Below are positions 37,020 to 37,185 of a stretch of 37,185 nucleotides of DNA, in pieces. A program made the position numbers and the translations under genes. Position 1 is the first letter of the stretch. Every line of letters begins with the position of its first letter. Source of the DNA: Methanosarcinaceae archaeon (GTDB lineage Archaea > Halobacteriota > Methanosarcinia > Methanosarcinales > Methanosarcinaceae); assembly GCA_017613335.1 (NCBI GenBank), contig JAGAEB010000073.1, positions 1 to 37,185 on the forward strand, read 5' to 3'. The notes beneath the pieces were generated by a model. The model was not told where the DNA came from and ran no database searches. It was given only the letters and a program-made list of their open reading frames with translations.

Positions 37020-37185
37020 CGGACCGGATACCGGCTGTTTCAGCTGCCCGGCCGGCTTTGTCCGTTCAGCTGTTCCGGCCGGCTTTGTCCTTTCAGCGCT
37101 GTTCCGGCCGGCTTTGTCCTTTCAGCTGTTCCGGCCGGCTTTGTCCTTTCAGCGCTGTTCCGGCCGGCTTTGTCCTTTCAGCGCT
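37020..37185. repeat. Tandem array with alternating 27/29-bp units (CAGC(GC)TGTTCCGGCCGGCTTTGTCCTTT), running off the window end
   Basis: CCGGCCGG recurs at 37047, 37074, 37103, 37130 and 37159. Confidence 0.85.

Overview
This window looks like archaeal chromosomal core, not an accessory island. It is about 52% GC and holds 28 protein genes plus one tRNA-Leu(CAA). The archaeal assignment rests on isopentenyl phosphate kinase, aCPSF1/FttA, a RaSEA-type radical SAM, proteasome beta, a FlaI/TadA-type ATPase, TATA-like promoters and short SD-led or leaderless starts.

Gene content, left to right:
- GlmU-like sugar-1-P nucleotidyltransferase and Bcp peroxiredoxin.
- A small type IV-filament-like module: a secretion ATPase flanked by two single-domain TadB/C-FlaJ-like membrane proteins.
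- The archaeal mevalonate cluster fni-ipk-mvk.
- RNase HII, endonuclease III, a nitroreductase with a small orphan gene, and a COG1395-like HTH regulator.
- Archaeosine radical SAM (RaSEA).
- A two-gene ECF transporter: EcfT plus a fused S-like/EcfA/EcfA' protein.
- pycB-pycA-birA.
- A surface protein followed by a MacB-type ABC trio (ATPase, CARDB/S-layer-like protein, FtsX permease).
- tRNA-Leu, UPP synthase, a PflA-related radical SAM gene, aCPSF1, proteasome beta and a nucleoside 2-deoxyribosyltransferase.

Three observations stand out:
1. The PflA-related radical SAM gene is a single 433-codon frame interrupted by one in-frame TAG at 32110-32112. None of the 28 CDS in the window terminates with TAG (22 TGA, 6 TAA). 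This makes it a candidate pyrrolysine or amber read-through site in a lineage that avoids TAG stops, possibly Methanomassiliicoccales-like. That taxonomic guess is an inference only.
2. Many intergenic spacers carry their own non-homologous tandem array, with units of 12 to 63 bp. Several arrays extend into ORFs and give housekeeping enzymes low-complexity tails (mvk, nth, the secretion ATPase, the ABC ATPase and the platform proteins).
3. A BirA-box-like inverted repeat overlaps the TATA element of the pycB-pycA(-birA) unit.

No CRISPR array, transposase, integrase or recognisable defence genes were seen.
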